This document shows positions 1 through 6,927 of a stretch of DNA of 24,000 bases, piece after piece; positions within the stretch are counted from its first letter, which is position 1; every line of letters begins with the position of its first letter. Both the position numbers and the translations under genes were made by a program. This DNA is from Acidimicrobiia bacterium (GTDB lineage: Bacteria > Actinomycetota > Acidimicrobiia > Spongiisociales > ZC4RG35), in assembly GCA_049692815.1 (NCBI GenBank), contig JBAVPF010000549.1, positions 1 through 24,000 of the forward strand. Direction: 5' to 3'. The notes beneath the pieces were generated by a model, which was given only the letters and a program-made list of their open reading frames with translations, had not been told where the DNA came from and ran no database searches.

Positions 1-117
1 ACCTTCGACTACGAGGATCAGGACTCCGATGACCTGGCCTCCGCCCTCCAAAAGGTCGGAGTCGACGACATCTCACTACTCGGTGAGACCGGGAAGCATC
101 TCCGGACCCGTCTCTGA
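1..117 (+). CDS. 3' end of an unidentified CDS (partial, runs off the left edge)
   Basis: Frame 1 is open from base 1 to TGA at 115-117 (TFDYEDQDSDDLASALQKVGVDDISLLGETGKHLRTRL*). Third-codon positions are strongly G/C-rich, as in neighbouring genes. No family recognised. Confidence 0.35.
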   Translation, partial: TFDYEDQDSDDLASALQKVGVDDISLLGETGKHLRTRL

Positions 118-181
118 ACAGCTCCACGCATGACCCCGTGATCTTCAGGGCCATGGTCTGCCTGCCGATTATCTCGAGCAA

Positions 182-1690
182 ATGATTGCCCGCGCGCACA
201 AGGCCCACTCGAGCCCGTCAGGTGCCGATCCCGAGCCCCATGGGCCCGAGATATCGGACCAGCGTTTCCGGGTGGCTTTCGAGCACGCCTCCATCGGGAT
301 GGCCATCACCGATCCGAGCGGCACCCTCGTCATGTGCAACGACGCGCTGTGCCAAATGCTCGGCTACAGCAGACACGAGCTCCAGGGCCGGAGGTTCTCG
401 GAAATCACCCATCCGGAGGACCAATCCGCCTCGGAGGCCGAGCTGCACAAGCTCGTCGGCGGTGGAGCTGCGTCCACGCATTTCGAGAAGAGGTATCTGC
501 ACCGTGACGGTCATGTGGTCTGGGCCACAGTCGACGTCTCTTCCGTGGTCGACGCGGCAGGAAAAGTGCTCCACTTCGTCTCTCAGATCGAGGACAGCTC
601 TGCGCGGAGGCGCGCCGAGGCGGCCGTCAACGCCAGTGAGGAAGCATTCCGCCTCGCGTTCGAATCGGCTGCCTCGGGAATGGCGCTCATCGACCCGGCC
701 ACAGGCCGTTTCCTCAAGGTGAACCGCGCCGGCTGCGAGATGCTCGGATACGACCAGGAGGAGATCCTCACCCGCACGATTCAGGATGTCACCGCACCGG
801 CAGATCGCGAGAAGAGCTTCGCGCGATTCCGCAGCGTGATCAGCGGCGAACAGCCCTACTCCAGGGCCAGCCTCCACTACCTGAGGGCGGATGGCTCGAA
901 GGCCTACGCCATCGTGTCGACCGCACTGGTCAAGGATGCCGATGGCAGGCCGCTCCACATGGTGGCCAACGTCGTGGACATAACCGAGCAAGTGGAGGCA
1001 CGAGACCAGTTGGCCGAGATGGTTGCCTCCAAGGACCAACTGATCGCCTCGGTCTCACACGAGCTGCGAACGCCCCTCACAGCGATACTCGGTTTCGCAG
1101 AGATCCTCCGCGGCGAGCAGACGCACCTTTCCAGCGCGGAACGAGTCGAGCTGGTGCAGAGCATCGCCAATCAGACAGGTGACCTGTCGAACATCGTCGA
1201 AGACCTCCTCGTCGCGGCAAGGGCCGACAACGACAGCCTGGTGGTGGCCCGTGTCCCTGTGGACCTCCGTGCCCAGGCGGCTCAGATCCTGGAGACGATC
1301 GACGTCAACGGATCCGAGGATGTGACCCTCTCGGGTGACAGCATCCGGGCGTGGGGCGATCCAGCGCGCGTGCGGCAGATCCTCCGCAACCTCATCTCGA
1401 ACGCCTTTCGCTACGGGGGTGGCGGAGTGGAGGTGCGGACCCGCCAATGCGGCCCCCGTTCGTGTGTCGAAGTCATCGACGAAGGCGAGGGCATTCCCGA
1501 AGGAGAGCGGGATCTGATCTTCGAGCCGTACCAGCGTTCACCGAGCACGCCGGGGCTCACCGCGTCGGTAGGGCTCGGCTTGACCGTGTCCCGCAAGCTG
1601 GCTGCTCTCATGGGCGGCTCGCTCGAGTACCGATACGAGGGTGGAAAGAGCATCTTTGAGCTTTCCCTGACATCTGCCGGTACCGGTTGA
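182..1690 (+). CDS. Cytoplasmic sensor histidine kinase with two PAS domains
   Basis: Two PAS-like repeats (FRVAFEHASIGMAI..., FRLAFESAASGMALID...). H-box SHELRTPLTAILGFAEIL, N-box LRNLISNAFRYG, G1 DEGEGIP, G2 GLGLTVSRKLA. No TM segment and no adjacent response regulator. Confidence 0.9.
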   Translation: MIARAHKAHSSPSGADPEPHGPEISDQRFRVAFEHASIGMAITDPSGTLVMCNDALCQMLGYSRHELQGRRFSEITHPEDQSASEAELHKLVGGGAASTHFEKRYLHRDGHVVWATVDVSSVVDAAGKVLHFVSQIEDSSARRRAEAAVNASEEAFRLAFESAASGMALIDPATGRFLKVNRAGCEMLGYDQEEILTRTIQDVTAPADREKSFARFRSVISGEQPYSRASLHYLRADGSKAYAIVSTALVKDADGRPLHMVANVVDITEQVEARDQLAEMVASKDQLIASVSHELRTPLTAILGFAEILRGEQTHLSSAERVELVQSIANQTGDLSNIVEDLLVAARADNDSLVVARVPVDLRAQAAQILETIDVNGSEDVTLSGDSIRAWGDPARVRQILRNLISNAFRYGGGGVEVRTRQCGPRSCVEVIDEGEGIPEGERDLIFEPYQRSPSTPGLTASVGLGLTVSRKLAALMGGSLEYRYEGGKSIFELSLTSAGTG

Positions 1691-1803
1691 CACTCGAGGT
1701 CCGACCTCAACCGCCCCCCTGCCGGATTCGGCCGGGTCCGCGGCTCAGGGCCGCAGCGGCACCGATTCGGGTAGCTTCCACCCGTCGATCGTGAGGAGGC
1801 TCG

Positions 1804-2214
1804 ATGATCCTGGAAGCATTCGAAGACCTGAACTGGCTGGCTGTGATCCTGGCCGGCCTCGCCTACTTTGTCCTGGGGGCGATCTGGTACTCCAACCTTC
1901 TGTTCGGGAAGCAATACCGGGCGGCCCTGGGAGTCACCGAAGGAGGGGGGACGCCTCAGGCCGGCCCTCTCATCGTCAACCTGATCGGTTGGCTGGTGGC
2001 CGCCCTCGCCATGGGCCTCATCGCCACCACGATCGGTGCCGATGGCTTCGCTGAAGGGGCGATGCTGGGAATCGTCGTCTGGCTCGGGTTCGTATTCACC
2101 CACCAGATCGTCAACGACGTCTACCAGGGAAGCAACATGGCCCTGGCCAAGATCAACGGCCCCTACAACCTGCTCGGCTTCGTGATCATGGGGGTCATCC
2201 TCGCCGTGATGTGA
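1804..2214 (+). CDS. DUF1761-family small membrane protein
   Basis: N-terminus LNWLAVILAGLAYFVLGAIWYSNLLFGKQY matches the DUF1761 signature as I recall it. Several hydrophobic helices. GAGGAGG Shine-Dalgarno just upstream of the ATG. Confidence 0.7.
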   Translation: MILEAFEDLNWLAVILAGLAYFVLGAIWYSNLLFGKQYRAALGVTEGGGTPQAGPLIVNLIGWLVAALAMGLIATTIGADGFAEGAMLGIVVWLGFVFTHQIVNDVYQGSNMALAKINGPYNLLGFVIMGVILAVM

Positions 2215-2369
2215 TCTCGCAACACCACCCGGCGCCGGAGACCCGCAAGCGACTCCGACACCTCGCTCTCACTCCTTTCGTCATCCGATAGCTGCACCGG
2301 CTCCGAAGAGGGGCAAGGAAACAAGCAGCTGACAGAAGCGCAGCTGAGGATTTCGAAAGGAGTTTCCCC

Positions 2370-3167
2370 ATGAGAATCGTGAAGACGGCCTTATTGGCCA
2401 TGGCCCTGGCGATCGTCCCGGCAACCGCCGCACTGGCGCAGACGGCTGAGGGCGAGGTCATCGTGGTGCACGGAGTACCCGACCTCGCCGTGGACATCTA
2501 CGTCAACGGTGACTTGACGTTCGAGAACTCCGAATTCGGCGACGTGTTCGGCCCCCTCTCCCTCCCGGAAGGCAGCTATGACATCGAGATCTACGTCACT
2601 GGCGCAGACCCATCCTCGGAGGACCCGGCCCTCTCCGGCTCGGCGGACCTGCCGGCCGGGGCGGTAGCCACCATCGCTGCCTACCTGCAGGAGGGCGGCG
2701 CTCCGACCTTGGGTGTGTTCGTCGAGAACAACGCGTCGACTGCTGCCGGTGACGCCCGCATCACCGCCCGCCACCTGGCCGATTTCGGCGCCGTCGACGT
2801 GCTGGCCAATGACGCCGCGGTTTGGGAGGGTGTGACCAACGGCGCAGGTGCAGATACCGACGTGCCGGCCGACACCTACAACATCAAGATCACCGCGGCC
2901 GGCGACCCCGCCACCGTGGCCTACGACCAGGACCTGGCTCTCGCCGAGGGGACGAACACCATCGCCTACGCGATCGGCTCGGTCTCAGGAGAGTCCTTCC
3001 AAGTCGTGGCTGCCACCCTCAGCGGGCTGGCCACTGCTCCGGAGGGTGTCCCCACCGGTGACGCCGGCTTGATCGAGCAGAACGGGCTCATGGTCCCTGC
3101 GGCCATCGCCGCTCTGGCCATCGTCGCCCTGGGCGGGTCCCTGTTCCTGGCTCGCGAGCAGCGATAG
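2370..3167 (+). CDS. Secreted DUF4397 domain protein with C-terminal hydrophobic anchor / sorting-signal-like tail
   Basis: Signal peptide MRIVKTALLAMALAIVPATAALA|QT. DUF4397-like repeats (VIVVHGVPDLAVDIYVNGD..., ARITARHLADFGAVDVLAND...). C-terminus is VPTGDAG-LIEQNG-LMVPAAIAALAIVALGGSLFLA-REQR (motif, hydrophobic stretch, basic tail). AAAGGAG RBS upstream. Confidence 0.75.
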   Translation: MRIVKTALLAMALAIVPATAALAQTAEGEVIVVHGVPDLAVDIYVNGDLTFENSEFGDVFGPLSLPEGSYDIEIYVTGADPSSEDPALSGSADLPAGAVATIAAYLQEGGAPTLGVFVENNASTAAGDARITARHLADFGAVDVLANDAAVWEGVTNGAGADTDVPADTYNIKITAAGDPATVAYDQDLALAEGTNTIAYAIGSVSGESFQVVAATLSGLATAPEGVPTGDAGLIEQNGLMVPAAIAALAIVALGGSLFLAREQR

Positions 3168-3188
3168 CACCAACCCGACACCGAACGT

Positions 3189-3216
3189 GAGAGGGGCCTT
3201 GCACAAGGCCCCTCTC
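3189..3216 (+). terminator. Perfect GC-rich hairpin between the DUF4397 gene and the sortase gene (terminator/attenuator candidate, no U-tract)
   Basis: GAGAGGGGCCTTG-ca-CAAGGCCCCTCTC: 13-nt arms are exact reverse complements (3189-3201 and 3204-3216). Lies 22 nt after the stop codon at 3167 and 21 nt before the sortase ATG. Confidence 0.4.
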
Positions 3217-3236
3217 AACGTGACTGGACCACACCG

Positions 3237-3980
3237 ATGCCGAAACCCACGCCCCAGAACGACAGGAGCCGCAGGAGGACCGCCCGAGCCCTGGGAGTGC
3301 TGGCTGCCCTACTCCTCATCCTCGCCGGCGCGATGGCCCTCGGGAAGCGAGACACCGTCGGGAACACCGACCGGTTCGGCACTCCCCCTTCCACACTGCC
3401 CAGTTCGGCGACCACGAGCACCGGGGGAACCGGGCTCACCGGAGACCTCCCGGACGACGACCCCGGCGGCATCCCGGCCAACGAGCACAGCCTCCTTGCC
3501 GAGGTTGCCAGGACGGGCGGGCCACAGCCCAACTACCTCCGCATCGACTCCCTCGGGGTCTCCGCACCGATTGTGCCCACGGGCGTCGACCAGGCCACCG
3601 GTCTCATGGAGGTTCCCGCCAATGTCGACGAAGTTGCCTGGTATCGGTACGGGCCCGAACCGGGACAAGCGGGGTCTTCCGTTCTGGCCGCACACGTCGA
3701 TCTCGAGGGGGAGGGCCCCGGAGTCTTCTTCGAGCTGCGCGAGATCGAGCCGGGGGACCGGATCGTCGTCGAGTTCGATGACGGGACCGTGCAGCGGTTC
3801 ACAGTGGAGGCGAGGACGATCTATCTGAAGGATGAGCTGCCCATCGAGTCGGTCTTCAGGCGGCAGGGGACGCCGGTGCTGACCCTGATCACGTGCGGAG
3901 GGGCATTCGACGACTCGGCACGTCGCTACGACAGCAATGTCGTGGTCTACGCAGTCCCCTCTGAATACACAACGCGGTGA
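3237..3980 (+). CDS. Class F sortase (membrane-anchored transpeptidase)
   Basis: N-terminal TM anchor ARALGVLAALLLILAGAMAL, Pro/Thr-rich linker. Catalytic core has LAAHVD (His), TLITCGG (Cys) and a downstream Arg (RRYDSNVVVYA). This length and layout are typical of actinobacterial class F sortases. Confidence 0.85.
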   Translation: MPKPTPQNDRSRRRTARALGVLAALLLILAGAMALGKRDTVGNTDRFGTPPSTLPSSATTSTGGTGLTGDLPDDDPGGIPANEHSLLAEVARTGGPQPNYLRIDSLGVSAPIVPTGVDQATGLMEVPANVDEVAWYRYGPEPGQAGSSVLAAHVDLEGEGPGVFFELREIEPGDRIVVEFDDGTVQRFTVEARTIYLKDELPIESVFRRQGTPVLTLITCGGAFDDSARRYDSNVVVYAVPSEYTTR

Positions 3981-4042
3981 GAAGAACGTCCTCGACCCGA
4001 AGCCAGGTCATCCGACAGGGCGAACGGCGACGAAGACCAAGC

Positions 4043-4471
4043 ATGAGATTGCATGAGCAGAGATGGGTCGACACTCCTCTGGAGAGAGCTTTCGCCTTCA
4101 CTTCCGACTTCTCGAACATCGAGGCTTGGGATCCCGGTGTCGTCAGCTCGACCCAGATAGGAGACGGATCGGTCGGGGTCGGCACCAGGTACGAGCTCGA
4201 CGTGAGGTTTGGCCTCTCCACGATCCCGATGATCTATGAGATCACCGAATACGAGACACCGAACCGGGTCGTCCTCGTCGGAAAGGGCACAAAGCTAGAA
4301 GCGGTCGACCAAATCGAATTCTCATCGCAGGACAACATGACACTCGTCGAATACCGCGCCGACCTCGAGTTCAAAGGGCTCGTCAGGTATGCGGTGCCCC
4401 TGCTGTCGCCCGTCTTGAAAAGGGTGGGCGCCAGGGCCCTGGATGGGCTGGTCGACGCCCTGCAACGATGA
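4043..4471 (+). CDS. SRPBCC (START / polyketide cyclase-dehydrase-like) family protein
   Basis: MRLHEQRWVDTPLERAFAFTSDFSNIEAWDPGV...YEITEYETPNRVVLVGKG is typical of SRPBCC ligand-binding proteins. I prefer the internal ATG at 4043 to the track start at 3977, whose first 22 aa are Arg/Ser-rich and overlap the sortase end. Confidence 0.7.
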   Translation: MRLHEQRWVDTPLERAFAFTSDFSNIEAWDPGVVSSTQIGDGSVGVGTRYELDVRFGLSTIPMIYEITEYETPNRVVLVGKGTKLEAVDQIEFSSQDNMTLVEYRADLEFKGLVRYAVPLLSPVLKRVGARALDGLVDALQR

Positions 4472-4925
4472 GCAAGCTGTCGATCGCCGGATTCACCAAC
4501 CTCGGGCACCTGGCCCATTCCCGATCGTTCGACCGGGCGCTCCCCAGGATGGAGGACAAGACGGTCCTGATCACCGGTGCCACCGGAGGTCTGGGTCTCG
4601 TCGCCGCACACCGCCTCTCCTCGCCGGGCGCCCGTCTGATCATCGTCGGCCGCTCCAGGCCAAAGATCGACGCTGCCCTGGAACGCCTGTCATCGAATAC
4701 CATCGCCCTGCAAGCAGACCTCTCCCTCCTCTCCGAGGTGAAAGTTCTGACAAACGAACTTCTGGACAGAGAGGACAGCATCGACGTGCTCATCAACAAC
4801 GTCGCAGTCCTGCTTCCGGAGCGAGAGACGACGTCCGAGGGCCTGGAAACGACGGTGGCCACCAGGTCATACTGACCGAGATGTGCGCAGACCGTCTCCG
4901 GGGAACCGGCGCACGTCGCGCCTGA
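4468..4925 (+). pseudogene. Short-chain dehydrogenase/reductase (SDR) remnant: frameshifted and 3'-truncated
   Basis: N-terminal Rossmann motif KTVLITGATGGLG and NNVAV (NNAG-like) are present. The frame stops at 4875 (..ETTVATRSY*). The SDR-like sequence continues in another frame (GHQVILTEMCADRLRGTGARRA*, compare GHFLLTxLLLxRLR) to 4925. The catalytic YxxxK half is missing and the next gene on the opposite strand ends at 4944. Confidence 0.6.
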
Positions 4926-4943
4926 ACCACGCGACGGCGGTCG

Positions 4944-5939
4944 TCATAGGCCCGCCAACCCGGGTCGGACCCCATCGGCCACCCAATCGTCTACTGCAGC
5001 CCACTGCTCGAAGAGCCACTCGACACGCTCCGATCGCTCGGCCGGGATCGACTCTCTGGGTATCCGCCAGAACGCAGCAGTGACCGCTCGACCGACGAGC
5101 TCGCCGCTGAACATGTCCTTCACCGTGGCAAAACCCTCGAGACCACGATGCGCCATGACAACGACATCGGCCGTCGTGGCGTCCAACAGGGCAAGTGTGC
5201 CGCCCGGTCGTGGCGGGAGCACCTTTCGCAGGCCGCCCGCCAGCTCACCGAGGCTTCCCCCTTCCGCTTGCAGTCGTCGAACGTACCTGACCCGCTTGGC
5301 CTCGCTGTACCGGGTGCCCTCGGGGAAGATCAAGACCCCTTCGTCCTGCCCGAGATCACTGACGAGGTCACGTATGGCGTTGCGTTCCCGGGCCGAATCA
5401 GCCGACTCCCGGTCCACGAACACGTTTGGCAGCCGATTGCCGGCGAGGTCCAGCGCCGGATCGACCAGCAGCTCTTTCTTGAGCACGTAGCGAAGCCGCA
5501 CCCCGTGTCGCTTGGTCACCAGCTCCGCGGGCAGAAGAGAGTCGATCAACGAAGCGTGCCGCGCCAGCAGCACTATTGGCCCCGGGGTCACCACGTCGTC
5601 AGATTCGACGGCGAATTCGAGCTGGAAGAGGGCCGTGATCGTGGTCAGGTTCCAGCCGGCCCACACCTCCTGGAGGCGGTATGTCAGATCGAGGCTCTGC
5701 CGACTCGGGAGGAGGCCGACGATCGCCAGGGCCACCACCGCCCAGACCTCGCCCAACAGGTAGACCCAAGCCAACAGGACGAGACGCCAGGTCACCCAGC
5801 GTCTACGTCGGGCCAGGCCGAGAACCACGTCGACCGCGACCCCGATGAGTATCAGCAGAGGCAGCAGAGCCGTCGTGACGATGAAGGCGGCGAGCAACCC
5901 TGGGATGGTCATCATCCTTCTGGCGAGGGGGCTGTCCAT
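4944..5939 (-). CDS. Membrane-bound lysophospholipid / 1-acyl-sn-glycerol-3-phosphate acyltransferase family protein (PlsC-like)
   Basis: N-terminal TM helices. HX4D acyltransferase motif in LLARHASLIDSLLP, and FPEGTR motif. Starts 13 nt after the anti-sigma stop, so probably the third gene of the sigma operon. Confidence 0.8.
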   Translation of the reverse strand: MDSPLARRMMTIPGLLAAFIVTTALLPLLILIGVAVDVVLGLARRRRWVTWRLVLLAWVYLLGEVWAVVALAIVGLLPSRQSLDLTYRLQEVWAGWNLTTITALFQLEFAVESDDVVTPGPIVLLARHASLIDSLLPAELVTKRHGVRLRYVLKKELLVDPALDLAGNRLPNVFVDRESADSARERNAIRDLVSDLGQDEGVLIFPEGTRYSEAKRVRYVRRLQAEGGSLGELAGGLRKVLPPRPGGTLALLDATTADVVVMAHRGLEGFATVKDMFSGELVGRAVTAAFWRIPRESIPAERSERVEWLFEQWAAVDDWVADGVRPGLAGL

Positions 5940-5952
5940 CCGCTTCAGGCCC

Positions 5953-6186
5953 TCACACCCCGGTGATGGGGAAGGAATCCAACTCGGCGACTATCCGGTC
6001 CCACAAATGATGCGGCGGCTCCGAGTCGGGGATGATGGCTGCCGCCACGGAGATGGCGGTGTCCAACTCGCGCTCACACGACGGGCACGATTGCATGTGA
6101 TGCTCCAGCGTCCTCTCCTCATCAGCCGGGAGGGCGCGAAGCGCGTAGAGATCGACCATCTCGAGCAGGAGATCGTGGACCATCAC
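5953..6186 (-). CDS. Minimal zinc-binding anti-sigma factor (ZAS, zf-HC2), 77 aa, soluble
   Basis: HxxxCxxC motif (H30-MQS-C34-PS-C37) plus an N-terminal His (H4) 26 residues upstream. No TM segment and no C-terminal sensor domain. The start (GTG 6186 / ATG 6183) overlaps the sigma stop TGA (6185-6183), indicating translational coupling. Confidence 0.75.
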   Translation of the reverse strand: MMVHDLLLEMVDLYALRALPADEERTLEHHMQSCPSCERELDTAISVAAAIIPDSEPPHHLWDRIVAELDSFPITGV

Positions 6187-6761
6187 GGCGCCACTCCGGC
6201 CAGAGACACCGACAGCTTCTTCATACCGCTTCGGATACGGCTCTTGACCGTCCCTTCCGGGGTGTCCAGCCTCTTCGCCACCTCGACGTAGCTGAGCCCC
6301 CCAAAATAGGCGAGAGCTATGGCCTCACGCTCCGGCTCCGGCAGCTCGTCGAGTGCGGATCGGACGGTGTCGGACAGGCTGCTCTGCCAAACTTGGTCCT
6401 CGATATCAGGCTGAACGTCTTCGGGGACCTTCTCCTCGCGCCGGTATCTCGCCTCTTCGGAGCGAACCATGTCGACGGCACGTCGATGGGCGAGCGTCAT
6501 GAGAAATGTGCGCAGTGCCCCCCGGGCCGGGTCGTATTTGCCAGCGGCCTTCCAGAAGGTCACGAAGACCTCCTGTGCCACGTCCTCTGCCAGTGTCTCG
6601 TCGCGGAGCACGCGCATGGCCATCGTCTTCACCGCACCCCCGTAGAGCTGAAAGACGGATTCCAGAGAGGAGCGGTCACCTTCGGCCACCGCGGATGCGA
6701 GGACGGAGTCGTCAAGGTTCGGGTCGATAACCGGGTCGGGCATCAGCTGAGTCAGCGACAA
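6183..6761 (-). CDS. ECF (group 4) sigma-70 family RNA polymerase sigma factor
   Basis: Region 2 (LAEDVAQEVFVTFWKAAGKYDPARGALRTFLMTLAHRRAVDMVR) and region 4 HTH (EREAIALAYFGGLSYVEVAKRLDTPEGTVKSRIRSGMKKL). Start is either TTG at 6761 (AGGGAG 6 nt upstream) or ATG at 6743. The track's 7049 start adds about 100 Arg/Ser-rich aa and overlaps the divergent gene, so I reject it. Confidence 0.85.
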   Translation of the reverse strand: MSLTQLMPDPVIDPNLDDSVLASAVAEGDRSSLESVFQLYGGAVKTMAMRVLRDETLAEDVAQEVFVTFWKAAGKYDPARGALRTFLMTLAHRRAVDMVRSEEARYRREEKVPEDVQPDIEDQVWQSSLSDTVRSALDELPEPEREAIALAYFGGLSYVEVAKRLDTPEGTVKSRIRSGMKKLSVSLAGVAP

Positions 6762-6792
6762 TACGGGCTCCCTTCGAACGCGTGTCGATCTC

Positions 6793-6817
6793 GACGAGCG
6801 TTGACACCAGATTGTTC
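6793..6817 (-). promoter_or_regulatory. ECF-type promoter candidate upstream of the sigma gene (autoregulation)
   Basis: Minus strand reads cccGAAC-aatctggtgtcaacgct-CGTCga. This is an exact GAAC / 17-nt spacer / CGTC arrangement about 30-50 nt upstream of the candidate start codons. Confidence 0.4.
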
Positions 6818-6927
6818 GGGGCCGAGCCGCGCCCCGGATGATGGAAACCCAGGATGAAAGGCCACCCCCGGGCTGTCGACGGCCCGAGTCGACGTGCCGG
6901 CAACTAGCCTCGCACGCCAGCCACCAC

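Noticed and set aside
218-1039. 273-aa ORF antisense to the histidine kinase. Similar long antisense or alternative-frame ORFs occur elsewhere: 1411-2103(-), 5148-5966(+), 9588-10385(-), 12122-12706(-), 13340-14254(-), 18781-19809(+), 19882-20718(+), 20879-21652(+), 22069-23049(+).
   Set aside because: These are typical high-GC shadow ORFs. Their products are Arg/Pro/Gly/Ser-rich low-complexity sequences with no recognisable motifs. Each fully overlaps a frame with clear family signatures and better third-position GC bias.
2310-2369. Nested inverted repeats (GGAAAC...GTTTCC, CAGCTG...CAGCTG) in the 5' region of the DUF4397 gene, as a possible riboregulator or ECF promoter.
   Set aside because: The arms are only 6 nt, with large asymmetric internal loops. 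GGAAAC is not followed by a CGT-type -10 at 16-18 nt. There is no independent support.
3187-3828. 213-aa ORF overlapping the sortase gene in another frame, and the 3977 start for the SRPBCC gene.
   Set aside because: The 213-aa product is Pro/Arg/Ser/Thr-rich low complexity, whereas the sortase frame carries His/Cys/Arg catalytic motifs. For the SRPBCC gene, the conserved domain begins right after the internal ATG at 4043.
4468-4925. Reading the SDR remnant as a retinol/retinal dehydrogenase functionally linked to the heliorhodopsin.
   Set aside because: The gene is frameshifted and lacks the catalytic half. SDR subfamily and substrate cannot be inferred from the remaining N-terminus. No carotenoid or retinal pathway genes are nearby.
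6744-6927. Cobalamin riboswitch or CarH-type operator in the divergent intergenic region. GTCGAC occurs twice at 6875-6893 and GTCGA-tc-TCGAC at 6784-6795.
   Set aside because: I could not recognise the conserved B12-box or riboswitch core by eye. The GTCGAC motifs are short, GC-rich and easily arise by chance in this composition. The B12 protein lacks a DNA-binding domain, so a CarH-type operator is not expected.
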